The notes: generated from the letters alone by a model not told the origin. A stretch of 63,203 bases of DNA from a virus (IMGVR_UViG_3300043436_001856:1-63203), one strand, 5' to 3'. Shown: positions 16,850-25,207, counted from the stretch's first letter. Translations and numbers: made by a program.

Positions 16850-17274
16850 TATTGGTTGTCAATTTGTTTTAATTTCCTTTGCGCCCATTCAATACCTTCA
16901 GTTCCACCCCACGCGTCCCACATTAAACCGCCGCAACCTTCTTCGTATGGTACGTCCTTATTTTGTTGGTGACGCTGAAAAGACGCCATTCGTGCAATCG
17001 TGTCACGTGAAATTGGTTCTTTGTTTGCTAATTGGTTTGCCCTTGCTTTGCCAACAGGTGTTCCGCATTCACCCCAACCGTTTGTTTCTGCATATTTTAA
17101 CGCCCTTTTTGCGTTGTTTGTTGCTGCTTCAGGATAATCTGTATATGAATCCGCAGCGTAAGCGCCTGAAGCTAATATTGCCGCCCAAACTTTGTTTGCC
17201 TTTTCTTCTGTGTCATAAACACACCCACCTGTCCCAATTCTGTATTTCCCGTTTGAACATTTAATTACCGGCAT
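16849..17274 (-). CDS. Conserved phage protein, possible minor/internal head protein
   Basis: SYxDYP...CGTPVGxARANQLA...IARMASFxRH...CG.LMW.AWGG domain; preceded by the late-promoter motif. Confidence 0.55.
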   Translation of the reverse strand: MPVIKCSNGKYRIGTGGCVYDTEEKANKVWAAILASGAYAADSYTDYPEAATNNAKRALKYAETNGWGECGTPVGKARANQLANKEPISRDTIARMASFQRHQQNKDVPYEEGCGGLMWDAWGGTEGIEWAQRKLKQIDNQ

Positions 17275-18268
17275 TGCTAATTAGTTTATTGTAAATAGCA
17301 AAACGGCGTTTGTTTACTTCGTGCAAGTTGAAGTTCTTATTGCAATAGTCATACAACGCGTTCCCGTAGCTTTTACGGGCGTCAGGGTCTTTGGTTAACA
17401 ACTTAATCCAATAATACCAATCCTTTTGACTGTTGACGTGACAAGCGGGATAAAACCCCCTGTACGGGTCAACATTGCTAACAATTGCAGGGTTCTTCTT
17501 TGCCGCAGTTTCAAGTACCTTCAAATTAGACTTCATTGAATTAAACTTTGAATCAATTAACGGTATTAATGAAATATCGGAATCGCAATAAGCCGCCATA
17601 TATGAAGTCACTTCGTTGTAATTGTATATTTTAGGGTTTAGTTTCAATCCGTTAGTAAATGCCGCAATCATTGAATCCCAAATTGGCTTTTCGCCTTCAT
17701 TGTACCCTGCAATTACAGTTTTAACCGGGAAATTGATTCGCTTCATTGGGTTACGTAATATTTCCATATCCTTCCCGTGCGTTCCCGAACCTGACCAAAA
17801 TAAACGGACAAGGTCTGATTCTGTTTTGTAATCCTTAAATTGTTCTTCGCCGTATGGAATCGCATTTGGCAATATTTCAATATTCTGATTGTATTGGTAA
17901 ACTTCTTCAGCTAATCGTTCGTGCGTAACTGTGCAAAGGTCGGCAATACGAATCCACGCCAATATTTGTTCGGTAACGTTATTTAAAACATAATGTTCGT
18001 AAAGTATATGTGAAGGTTCAAGCTTCCAAAAATCGTCGTTGTCAACTATTAATTTAAACCCGTATTTTTTGCGCCATTCAAACATTTGTTCGGGCGTTAT
18101 GTTTGCCAACATACGATTCATAACAACAATGTCATAATTCCCTTCAAAAGTTTCTTCGCTTATTGTATCGGTCATTAAACAATAATCCTTCTTCATATTT
18201 ACCAACGGCATCATAATTCTATGATAACCAACCCCACTTGTTTTGCTCGTAATTGCTAAAATGCGCAT
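17261..18268 (-). CDS. Glycosyltransferase (GT-B/GT4-like)
   Basis: GVGYHR, DxDD, NAIP, WSGSGTH, FNxxKSNLKxLE, SxVxPY motifs. Confidence 0.8.
   Translation of the reverse strand: MRILAITSKTSGVGYHRIMMPLVNMKKDYCLMTDTISEETFEGNYDIVVMNRMLANITPEQMFEWRKKYGFKLIVDNDDFWKLEPSHILYEHYVLNNVTEQILAWIRIADLCTVTHERLAEEVYQYNQNIEILPNAIPYGEEQFKDYKTESDLVRLFWSGSGTHGKDMEILRNPMKRINFPVKTVIAGYNEGEKPIWDSMIAAFTNGLKLNPKIYNYNEVTSYMAAYCDSDISLIPLIDSKFNSMKSNLKVLETAAKKNPAIVSNVDPYRGFYPACHVNSQKDWYYWIKLLTKDPDARKSYGNALYDYCNKNFNLHEVNKRRFAIYNKLISNAGN
17292..17319 (-). promoter_or_regulatory. Candidate phage late promoter (AAGTA-N16-CTATTTA) inside the 3' end of the GT gene
   Basis: Same spacing as the other four; copy B box at 48946..48952. 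Confidence 0.45.
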
Positions 18269-18945
18269 TTAATTTGTTTTTCATTATGATAAATAGGTTG
18301 GTATTTTTCCCAAACTGATTGCGCACGTGCTAAACTTTCGTCCTTCATACGTCTGTATTCTGTCCCGTTGCCAACGTCGTGTCCAATATGTTCTGACCTT
18401 AATTCGGGTAAATAGTAATTAGTAAACCCGGCAATGGTTGCACGTTCTGCGTAATCCCTGTCTTGCATTCCGTACGGGTCATATTCGGTATTATAACCGC
18501 CAATCGTATCAATTAATTCCCTTGTAAAATAGTTATTTCCAAAAGGCGTATGCGTTTTGTGTATTCCGTCAACCAATGGCGGCAATTCTTCAACGCAATG
18601 TATGCCAATAATCCCTGTTTTTGACACACGTTTTGAAAACATAACCCAATTTTTAAGCCAATTTTCGGGCAATAGTATGTCATTTGCCAATATACAAACG
18701 CCGTCGTATTCCTGTGTTATTGATAAACCAAAATTAACCCCTGCGGCAATACCCCTTTTATGAAGTGACCAATTAGCATAATGCCAATTATAATATTTTT
18801 GTATTTGTGAAAATTGTTCTTCGTCACTTCCATTGTCAATAAGAAAACAATGCGCGTCGTGACCGCTATTGTAAAAATTCTTGTCAACAACCTGCTTTGT
18901 CAGGTCTGCCCTATTTTGGGTTAATAATATTACGGCTATATTCAT
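18256..18945 (-). CDS. Glycosyltransferase family 2-like
   Basis: T.NR...IDNGS, GIAxxxN, NDI, IGGY...YGxQDxDY motifs. Confidence 0.8.
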   Translation of the reverse strand: MNIAVILLTQNRADLTKQVVDKNFYNSGHDAHCFLIDNGSDEEQFSQIQKYYNWHYANWSLHKRGIAAGVNFGLSITQEYDGVCILANDILLPENWLKNWVMFSKRVSKTGIIGIHCVEELPPLVDGIHKTHTPFGNNYFTRELIDTIGGYNTEYDPYGMQDRDYAERATIAGFTNYYLPELRSEHIGHDVGNGTEYRRMKDESLARAQSVWEKYQPIYHNEKQIKCAF

Positions 18946-19417
18946 TTATTCCAATTTTACGTGCGGGTACACCTGCATATTTTGTAAATTCTTCTGTTGC
19001 GCCTTTAATGAATGCACTTGCGCCAATCATACAACCGCGTTCAATAGTTGTAAATTGATGCAATACTGCGTTTAATCCAATATTTGAATATTGTTTTACA
19101 ATTGAATGTCCGCCAATCTTTGCGCCGCAACTTATTGTCACATTATCCTGAATTAAACAATCGTGTCCGATATGTGCGTGTTTCATAATAAAACAATTAT
19201 TCCCAATAAATGTAATATCTTTTGTCCCTGCGTCAATGGTAACCAATCCTGTTATAACATTGTTATTGCCAATATAAACTTTGCCTTTTTCTTCGTCCCA
19301 ATGCTTTTTGTGTTCAGCCGGGTCGCCTATAATACAATAAGCGCCAATGTAATTGTTGTCGCCTAAAATAACATTTTTGCCAATTATGGCGGTTGGGTGT
19401 ATAATATTATTAGCCAT
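18911..19417 (-). CDS. LpxA-like left-handed beta-helix acyl/acetyltransferase
   Basis: IHPTAII, hexapeptide repeats, HIGHDC, GGH, HQF, GVPAR. Confidence 0.85.
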   Translation of the reverse strand: MANNIIHPTAIIGKNVILGDNNYIGAYCIIGDPAEHKKHWDEEKGKVYIGNNNVITGLVTIDAGTKDITFIGNNCFIMKHAHIGHDCLIQDNVTISCGAKIGGHSIVKQYSNIGLNAVLHQFTTIERGCMIGASAFIKGATEEFTKYAGVPARKIGINEYSRNIINPK

Positions 19418-19766
19418 TGTTCTTTGGTTTACGTCCGCGTTTCTTCGGTTCAGGTTTAATTAATTCAACCCCTAATCTTTGGTCATTTTCTGAAGGTGTA
19501 TTTTCAAATACAATGTTTTCTATTGGTAAACTTTTGGGTTGTTGCTCATACCATTTATACAACCTCATAATCATTTCGTACTTACACGAACCGCACCAAA
19601 CAGACAATAAAAAATTAGGGTCTAAATATAATCTGTAAATATGTTCGTACATTTGAAGTTCGGCAAATTCAAGGTTGCGAATATAACCGTTCTTTGCGCT
19701 TTCATAATTTCCAATATTGGCTTCCAACCAATCGCGGTGTTCTGTTTTTATTTCCATAATTTCCAT
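19410..19766 (-). CDS. Hypothetical CxxC protein with a basic AT-hook-like tail
   Basis: WCGSC and KKRGRKPK; conserved in copy B. Confidence 0.6.
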   Translation of the reverse strand: MEIMEIKTEHRDWLEANIGNYESAKNGYIRNLEFAELQMYEHIYRLYLDPNFLLSVWCGSCKYEMIMRLYKWYEQQPKSLPIENIVFENTPSENDQRLGVELIKPEPKKRGRKPKNNG

Positions 19767-19987
19767 ATTAATTTTGAAACAATCGGTGCTAAAAATCCTG
19801 CAATAAAAATTGTTGACGTAATGTTTTGGATTAATTCAGGTGCGAAATAGTGTATTGGTGCAATCCACGCAGCCAAGCAACTTCCGCAATTGAAAGGCTT
19901 GAAATTGATTCGCCATTTAATTGGTAATTGGTGAATATCGTTAAAAAATAGTGATGCACAGACGGCGGTTAAAATTGATAAAATCAT
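19748..19987 (-). CDS. Small membrane protein with KPFNCxxCLxxW motif
   Basis: 79 aa, hydrophobic, conserved in copy B. Confidence 0.65.
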   Translation of the reverse strand: MILSILTAVCASLFFNDIHQLPIKWRINFKPFNCGSCLAAWIAPIHYFAPELIQNITSTIFIAGFLAPIVSKLIWKLWK

Positions 19988-20484
19988 TTTCTAATATTTG
20001 TTTTCATTAATTTTTTGGTTTTATTTATAGTTCTGACAATGGACATATAAGGAATTCCTGTTTTTCTGCTTAATTCTTTTGCGTTCTTCTTAAAGTCAAT
20101 CGCATACAGTTTCAAAATTTCCTTATTGTACCAATGTAAATCTTCTAAATTCCTTTCAAGTTTTTCAAACAATTCTGTCGGTTCTTCGTTTAGTCGCGTC
20201 AATTCCTTGTTTACTTCATTGCCAACAAATTCCGTGTAATTCCTGTAATTCTTATAAAATGTACTTCTGTCGCTTTTAATCATATTTAACATTATTCGCA
20301 CAATGTAAAATTTTAATTCGCTTCTTTGATACATTCCAACCAACTTTGATTCGTCCATTTCGCAAAGAACTAAAAAAACTTCAGCTTTCAAATCGTACTG
20401 CAATTCTTCAGGTTGCATTTTACCAAAGGCGTCGTTAACTTCCTTTGATTCCCAATATTCAGCTAAAATTTCATTTTTGACCAT
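19984..20484 (-). CDS. ECF sigma-factor-like protein (candidate late transcription factor)
   Basis: Region-2-like DLxxEVFLxL and region-4-like LxWYxKEILKLY...ELSRKTGIPYxSI HTH. Confidence 0.7.
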   Translation of the reverse strand: MVKNEILAEYWESKEVNDAFGKMQPEELQYDLKAEVFLVLCEMDESKLVGMYQRSELKFYIVRIMLNMIKSDRSTFYKNYRNYTEFVGNEVNKELTRLNEEPTELFEKLERNLEDLHWYNKEILKLYAIDFKKNAKELSRKTGIPYMSIVRTINKTKKLMKTNIRK

Positions 20485-20777
20485 TCAATTAAAGTTGGTT
20501 TATTGTCCACTTCAGTACAAATATACACAATTCCACCACATTCGTAAATATCTTTTAATCTGTCTTTTTGTTCCACGCTTAACCGGTCACCAATCTTTTT
20601 GACTTCAACCGCTACATAAACGCCGTTTTCTGTGTACCCTTGTAAATCCGCCCAACCTTTTTGAATTGTACCTTTACGCTTCCCAAATGGAATATTGTTA
20701 ACCCTGTTTAATCTGTACCCAATGTATTCAAGGTTTGATTTTGCCCACTTTGTAAGTTCGTTTGCTGATATGTCCAT
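20463..20777 (-). CDS. VRR-NUC/PD-(D/E)xK nuclease
   Basis: GWAD...AVEVK...DRLSxEQ...GG motif. Confidence 0.8.
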   Translation of the reverse strand: MDISANELTKWAKSNLEYIGYRLNRVNNIPFGKRKGTIQKGWADLQGYTENGVYVAVEVKKIGDRLSVEQKDRLKDIYECGGIVYICTEVDNKPTLIEWSKMKF

Positions 20778-20903
20778 ATTTTTTCGTAAAATTCTTTTTT
20801 AAATTTCAGCCTATTTATTTTCGGTTCAACTTCAGTATAACAACCATAAAAGTCGGTAAAATTATCGGTATAACAATATTTAATTGTTCCGTAATGCGTA
20901 TAT

Positions 20904-21647
20904 TTAATTTGATAAATTTTCAAAATATTTAACTAAAGCTAATTTTTTACATTGTGTTTCAATAAAGTCTTCATTTTTTATGTCTTTACTGAATTTTTTT
21001 GCGTCCATAGGGTGCATTTTATTCATTCTTTGTAAATTGTCTTCACGTACAACCTTAATCGTGTATAAAATTTCTTCAGGCGTAAACTTCAACTTCTTTT
21101 GTTTTAATAGGATTGCAAATACTTTGTCCGCATTGAATACCCTGTTAAAGTCCTGACGTTTACCATTTAGCCAATCGTTCTTTGTAAATTCAACAATTTC
21201 GTCGTCTGTCAATTGCGGAACAGGCGGTTCAGGTGGCGGCGGAATATTTTTACGAACTTCGTTTGCTTTGGCTTTATAGGCATTCATTATTTGGGATATG
21301 TATTTAGGTGAAAACTTTTCAAAATGGTCTGTATTACATTCAAAACGACCTTGTACTGCCATTTTAAACGCAATCCTGAATTCATTTATTGTAAAATGCG
21401 GATAAGTTGTACGAATATAGTCTTCAATAATATCCAATTCCATTTTGTCAGGCAAACGTGTTAACCCAATCAAAGTAAAAATATAAGCCAACGTACTTTT
21501 TAAATTATGCACGTCAACAACTGCTAATTTTTCGCCCTTAAAAGCTTCAACAATTGGTAAATCTTCTTTAGCTATTAACCCAATCGGAAAGTCCTTCCAT
21601 TCTTTTGCGACTTGCGGCGGTTGGGTCAGTATTTTTTGTATTTCCAT
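20904..21647 (-). CDS. Putative replication accessory protein (helicase-loader-like position)
   Basis: 247 aa overlapping the initiator gene; EFRxAF...HFxxFSxxYI; function inferred from position. Confidence 0.5.
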   Translation of the reverse strand: MEIQKILTQPPQVAKEWKDFPIGLIAKEDLPIVEAFKGEKLAVVDVHNLKSTLAYIFTLIGLTRLPDKMELDIIEDYIRTTYPHFTINEFRIAFKMAVQGRFECNTDHFEKFSPKYISQIMNAYKAKANEVRKNIPPPPEPPVPQLTDDEIVEFTKNDWLNGKRQDFNRVFNADKVFAILLKQKKLKFTPEEILYTIKVVREDNLQRMNKMHPMDAKKFSKDIKNEDFIETQCKKLALVKYFENLSN

Positions 21648-22272
21648 ATTTTATTCGGTTTTGTAACCACGTGTTAACGCGGCGTTTTACGTCAAAAAAC
21701 TTTTCTGATTCATAACGCAATTTACCACTTTTTGACGGTTCGCACCAATAGGCAATAAATTCTTCGTAAGATTCCGACAAGGTATTTTTGTAAGGTTCAA
21801 TTAAAATTAAAAAATTTGTTTGTGGGTCAACCGTAGGTTGAACAGTTATAATACTATTTACTTTACTTTCATTTACTTTACTTTTCTTTTCTTTATGGTC
21901 GTTACGAACACTTTTGTAATGCGTTACATTTTCCGCAATGTCTTGATTTTCACGCCATTGTGAAATTCTTTTAAGGTTTTTTTCTTTTTTTATCTTGTAC
22001 TTTTCACTAAAGTTTAGCAATTGTTTGTTGAAAGTTTCACCATTGTTTGATGAAATTATGTCAATACTTTCCATAAAGTTCCAACATTTATCAAGCTTTT
22101 TGCCAACCTTTAATTGCATTTTTAGCACGTCAGTATTAACAGGTTTTTCCTGTTTAGCTAATTTTTCAAGGATAGTATAAAACAATCCCAAACCCTCATA
22201 TCCGTATTTCATAAAAAGCAAAGCAACCTTTTCATCTTCAAACGCGTTGCTATCGTGCAAAAAATATTTCAT
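21568..22272 (-). CDS. Replication initiator/replisome organiser (Lin1244/DUF4373-like N-terminus)
   Basis: YFxHDSNAxxDEK...YGYEGLGLFYxILE; central KxK/SKV low-complexity linker; C-terminal FIxYW...RxxTW. Confidence 0.7.
   Translation of the reverse strand: MKYFLHDSNAFEDEKVALLFMKYGYEGLGLFYTILEKLAKQEKPVNTDVLKMQLKVGKKLDKCWNFMESIDIISSNNGETFNKQLLNFSEKYKIKKEKNLKRISQWRENQDIAENVTHYKSVRNDHKEKKSKVNESKVNSIITVQPTVDPQTNFLILIEPYKNTLSESYEEFIAYWCEPSKSGKLRYESEKFFDVKRRVNTWLQNRIKYGNTKNTDPTAASRKRMEGLSDWVNS
21857..21895. repeat. 5-bp-period (TTTAC/TTTTC) array inside the initiator gene; candidate origin
   Basis: tttactttactttcatttactttacttttcttttcttt; also present in copy B near 53479..53517. Confidence 0.5.
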
Positions 22273-22274
22273 AT

Positions 22275-22361
22275 AAAAAAAGGGTCGCGGGACGCCGGGA
22301 AATGGTACTTCCCGAAAATCCTTTGACCCAATATATTCCTAATTGCGTTGTACCATAACGC
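22275..22361 (-). ncRNA. Structured cis-RNA (two hairpins with complementary loops plus U-tract) in the initiator 5' leader
   Basis: GCGTT-ATGGTAC-AACGC and GGGTC..CGGGAA-GTACCAT-TTCCCG..GACCC-T7; compensatory change in copy B. Confidence 0.7.
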
Positions 22362-22367
22362 GTTTAT

Positions 22368-22799
22368 TTAATTCCTGTCTGCAAATATAATGCTTTTTTC
22401 AATTCTTTTTTCAAGGAATGCAATTTTATTTCTGAACCAATCCGCCGTTTCAATTAAATCCTTTGCCGAATTGATATTATACATAACCGTCGTATGGTCG
22501 CCAACCCCAATAAATTGTCGTATTTCGCTTAATGAAAGTTTGGTATGCTTACGTATTAAATACGCAGCCGCCTTCCTTGCGTCAACAATGTTTTTGGTTC
22601 GGCTTTTAATTGACATATTTGTATCAAAAATTTCCTCAACTAATAAAGCAATCTTTTTGGCTTCACTTGAAATTTCAGGGTCAATAATAACTTCGTCCTG
22701 TTTTATAAGGTTGTTTTCCTTCATTATATTATGCAGCGCCCTTAAACTTTGCCTGTGCATTTTATAAAAGTGAATCATTTCGCTTTGTAATTGTTGCAT
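22368..22799 (-). CDS. DnaA domain IV (C-terminal HTH)-like protein
   Basis: RTxxIVDARxxAxYLIR..T.LSLSEI....GxxDHTTVMY matches the DnaA signature; no AAA+ domain. Confidence 0.8.
   Translation of the reverse strand: MQQLQSEMIHFYKMHRQSLRALHNIMKENNLIKQDEVIIDPEISSEAKKIALLVEEIFDTNMSIKSRTKNIVDARKAAAYLIRKHTKLSLSEIRQFIGVGDHTTVMYNINSAKDLIETADWFRNKIAFLEKRIEKSIIFADRN
22382..22389 (-). promoter_or_regulatory. -7 box TATATTTG upstream of the structured leader
   Basis: Exact Bacteroidota -7 consensus, conserved at 54004..54011; -33 spacing imperfect. Confidence 0.55.
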
Positions 22800-22802
22800 A
22801 TT

Positions 22803-23045
22803 TTAAAATTCTAAATCGTCGTTATAAATTGGTTGGTTGTTTTGTGGCTTTACAGGCGCATTGTTGGCATCTGTTGGCGCTACGTAAGTATCTTCATATA
22901 TTTTGAAATCCGGGTGTTTTGGGTCTGTTTTGTACGAATTAAACCACATTGAATACTTTTTACCATTGATTGCAAAATTAATTACTTCACCTTTAGCCGT
23001 TTGGCGCTTCCAAGCACCCCAATTTTCTTTTTTTACTTCTGACAT
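22803..23045 (-). CDS. Small ssDNA-binding-like protein
   Basis: GAW...N.YK...HPD(F/Y) core with an acidic DDLEF tail, in the ERF cluster. Confidence 0.55.
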   Translation of the reverse strand: MSEVKKENWGAWKRQTAKGEVINFAINGKKYSMWFNSYKTDPKHPDFKIYEDTYVAPTDANNAPVKPQNNQPIYNDDLEF

Positions 23046-23046
23046 T

Positions 23047-23262
23047 TTATATTTGGTTTGTGGAATCTTCTGATTCCGGTTTAAAAAATACTGCTTTAAA
23101 ATTACATTCCTTTTCCCACTTGTTTAAAAATTTTTTTAATTCTTCGTAAGCTTCCGGTGCATACCAACAATAATGGTAAACTTCAGCTAATAACATTTGA
23201 CGTTCCATTGGAAGCAATTTTTGCATTCCGTTTTCAAGGTTTTGATAAGTTTCTTGTTTCAT
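23047..23262 (-). CDS. Hypothetical protein
   Basis: 71 aa, conserved in copy B. Confidence 0.7.
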   Translation of the reverse strand: MKQETYQNLENGMQKLLPMERQMLLAEVYHYCWYAPEAYEELKKFLNKWEKECNFKAVFFKPESEDSTNQI

Positions 23263-23263
23263 A

Positions 23264-23659
23264 TTATAGGTTTATTTTGGCTTTTTCCCAACTTAAAATT
23301 GAACGAATTGCGTCTATTTGGTGAACTGAAGAAGCGTTTATTCTGTCAAATGCGTTTTTTAAACGTGACCATTCACGCGCCTTACTTTTAACCCACATAT
23401 TTACAGTTGACGTTGCCAATTTACCTTCCATAATTTCGTGGATTTTGTCGCCAATTTCCATATCAATAACGCATTCAATTTTATATTCTGCGGCGGTTCT
23501 ATATTCGCCTGATTGTGTCATTGCAACGTTTAACGTGTCCAATCGTTTAATCAAAGCGTCGTGGTAATCCGCCGAATCATTTTTAGGCAATGGCTTCTGT
23601 AAATAGTCCAACATTTTTTCCGCCTTATTCGTTAATTCTTCAATTATATATTCGCGCAT
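23264..23659 (-). CDS. Hypothetical helical protein (possible recombination mediator)
   Basis: 131 aa coupled to erf; nearly identical in copy B. Confidence 0.6.
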   Translation of the reverse strand: MREYIIEELTNKAEKMLDYLQKPLPKNDSADYHDALIKRLDTLNVAMTQSGEYRTAAEYKIECVIDMEIGDKIHEIMEGKLATSTVNMWVKSKAREWSRLKNAFDRINASSVHQIDAIRSILSWEKAKINL

Positions 23660-24207
23660 TATTTACTAATTTGGTTTGCTTGTAATACTTTAAATGCTTT
23701 ATTGTAATCGTCTTCTTTTGTAAACGATTCAATTTTAATTGCCATTTTATTCTTTTTTTCTTCTGTGTATGGCGTATTTTCCAATAAAGTCTGTAAATAT
23801 AAACGCTTGTCGTCGCCAACTTCGTCTTTGTGTTCGTTGGTTGCGTCTGCGTCTTTGGTATCGTCAATTGCAAACAATCCATTTAATGCGTATTTACGCG
23901 CATACGAAGAAGCTGACCCGGTTATTTGCGCGGCGTCCATTCCTTTCTTTACTTCTTCTTCACGCGCCCAACCGTGCGCACTAATTGAATTGTCTTCGTC
24001 TGTTAACAATGTCGCAGTTGCTTTGACATAAATTCTGTCGCCAACTTGCACAATTTCGTCGCTAATTATTAAACAGGTTTTTTCTTTTGCCAATATTGGC
24101 TTAACCGCTTCAATAATGTCTTCGGCGCTTCTGTACCTGTAATTGCCGAACTTGTTTAATTGACCCTTTGGCGCTTTTAATTCTGCCTGAATTTTGTAAA
24201 TGTTCAT
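23659..24207 (-). CDS. erf: ERF-family single-strand annealing protein
   Basis: IQAELKAPKxQxNxFGxYxYRSAEDI and QITGSASSYARKYAL. Confidence 0.9.
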   Translation of the reverse strand: MNIYKIQAELKAPKGQLNKFGNYRYRSAEDIIEAVKPILAKEKTCLIISDEIVQVGDRIYVKATATLLTDEDNSISAHGWAREEEVKKGMDAAQITGSASSYARKYALNGLFAIDDTKDADATNEHKDEVGDDKRLYLQTLLENTPYTEEKKNKMAIKIESFTKEDDYNKAFKVLQANQISK

Positions 24208-24224
24208 AGGTTTATTTTTGGTTT

Positions 24225-24473
24225 TTAAAATTCGTATTCTTCAAATTTTTCTGTCCAATCCGACATTGGTGTAAATGGTATCGGCGGGAACGGGTTTTTT
24301 GGTTGAACTAACATTTCAGGATAATGCTTCTTTTTGAAGTTCTTTAAATTTTCTTTTGCTGAACTTAACATTTCCATACGTTTACGCGCTTCGGCTGCAT
24401 TGCTAATATCAAACAACCATTGAAAATATCGCACGTTTTCCTGAAGTTTAAAAAGTTTCAATTCTAAATTCAT
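24225..24473 (-). CDS. Hypothetical protein
   Basis: 82 aa, conserved in copy B. Confidence 0.7.
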   Translation of the reverse strand: MNLELKLFKLQENVRYFQWLFDISNAAEARKRMEMLSSAKENLKNFKKKHYPEMLVQPKNPFPPIPFTPMSDWTEKFEEYEF

Positions 24474-24679
24474 AATTGGTGTTTAATAAATACGTTTTCA
24501 ATTTCTTCTAAAGCTGAATGCGCAAGTTCTTCAATGCGTTCAATATTGTTTTCTTTTACGTAGTGTAAAATAAGATTCAAAGAACCGCGACTGAATCCCA
24601 ATGCACCGGCATAGTCTGCGGCGCGGCTTAATGGTTTGTGCATTAATTCACCGATTGTGGTTTGTGTTTCTGTATTCAT
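24470..24679 (-). CDS. Hypothetical protein, first gene behind early promoter 2
   Basis: 69 aa, conserved in copy B. Confidence 0.7.
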   Translation of the reverse strand: MNTETQTTIGELMHKPLSRAADYAGALGFSRGSLNLILHYVKENNIERIEELAHSALEEIENVFIKHQL

Positions 24680-24696
24680 TTGGTTTGTTTAGACAA

Positions 24697-24728
24697 CAAA
24701 TATACAGGTTTTGCACAACACAAACAAA
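24697..24728 (-). promoter_or_regulatory. Bacteroidota primary-sigma promoter (early promoter 2)
   Basis: TTTG-N20-TATATTTG; conserved at 56329..56360. Confidence 0.75.
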
Positions 24729-24772
24729 GCTATTTAGTGACGAACGGCAAAATAAAATGATAAACGGTAAAT

Positions 24773-25207
24773 CTAATTTATGTCTTTGTGAAAATATAAC
24801 ATTTCGTCCCCGCCGTATGCGTATTCAGGGAAATAAAACTTAAACCCGCAGGAAATTAAGTTATTTGCGGACGGGTAATTGTCCTTTGTAGTATATGTAA
24901 TTGCAACAAATGAATTTTCTTTTGCTGCTTTTAATCTTATTTTAATAAGCTTTTTATGTAATCCCAAACCCCTAAACCTTTTGTCAACCCACGCGCGGTT
25001 GAATATACAAATGCCCTGCGTATAAATAGAACCGCAATAAGCGACAATTGTTTTCTTTTTATCTAATATAACCCACCAATCCCGATTGTGTTTAAACTCG
25101 TTGCCGCAACCCTTAAAATTTGGGTTGGTACGGTCTAATTCCTGAAGCTGAATATAAGCGTCAAAGTTTAGAATTTTACCTTTACTATATATTTTTAAAA
25201 GCTTCAT
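24773..25207 (-). CDS. GNAT acetyltransferase
   Basis: VDKRFRGLGL acetyl-CoA motif, NxxSxNNLxxxGF. Confidence 0.85.
   Translation of the reverse strand: MKLLKIYSKGKILNFDAYIQLQELDRTNPNFKGCGNEFKHNRDWWVILDKKKTIVAYCGSIYTQGICIFNRAWVDKRFRGLGLHKKLIKIRLKAAKENSFVAITYTTKDNYPSANNLISCGFKFYFPEYAYGGDEMLYFHKDIN

Noticed and set aside
20708-20923. 71-aa ORF between the replication gene and VRR-NUC as a confident full-length CDS
   Set aside because: The 5' part is probably coding (open in both copies), but the last third overlaps VRR-NUC and I cannot assign a function, so it is left out of the features
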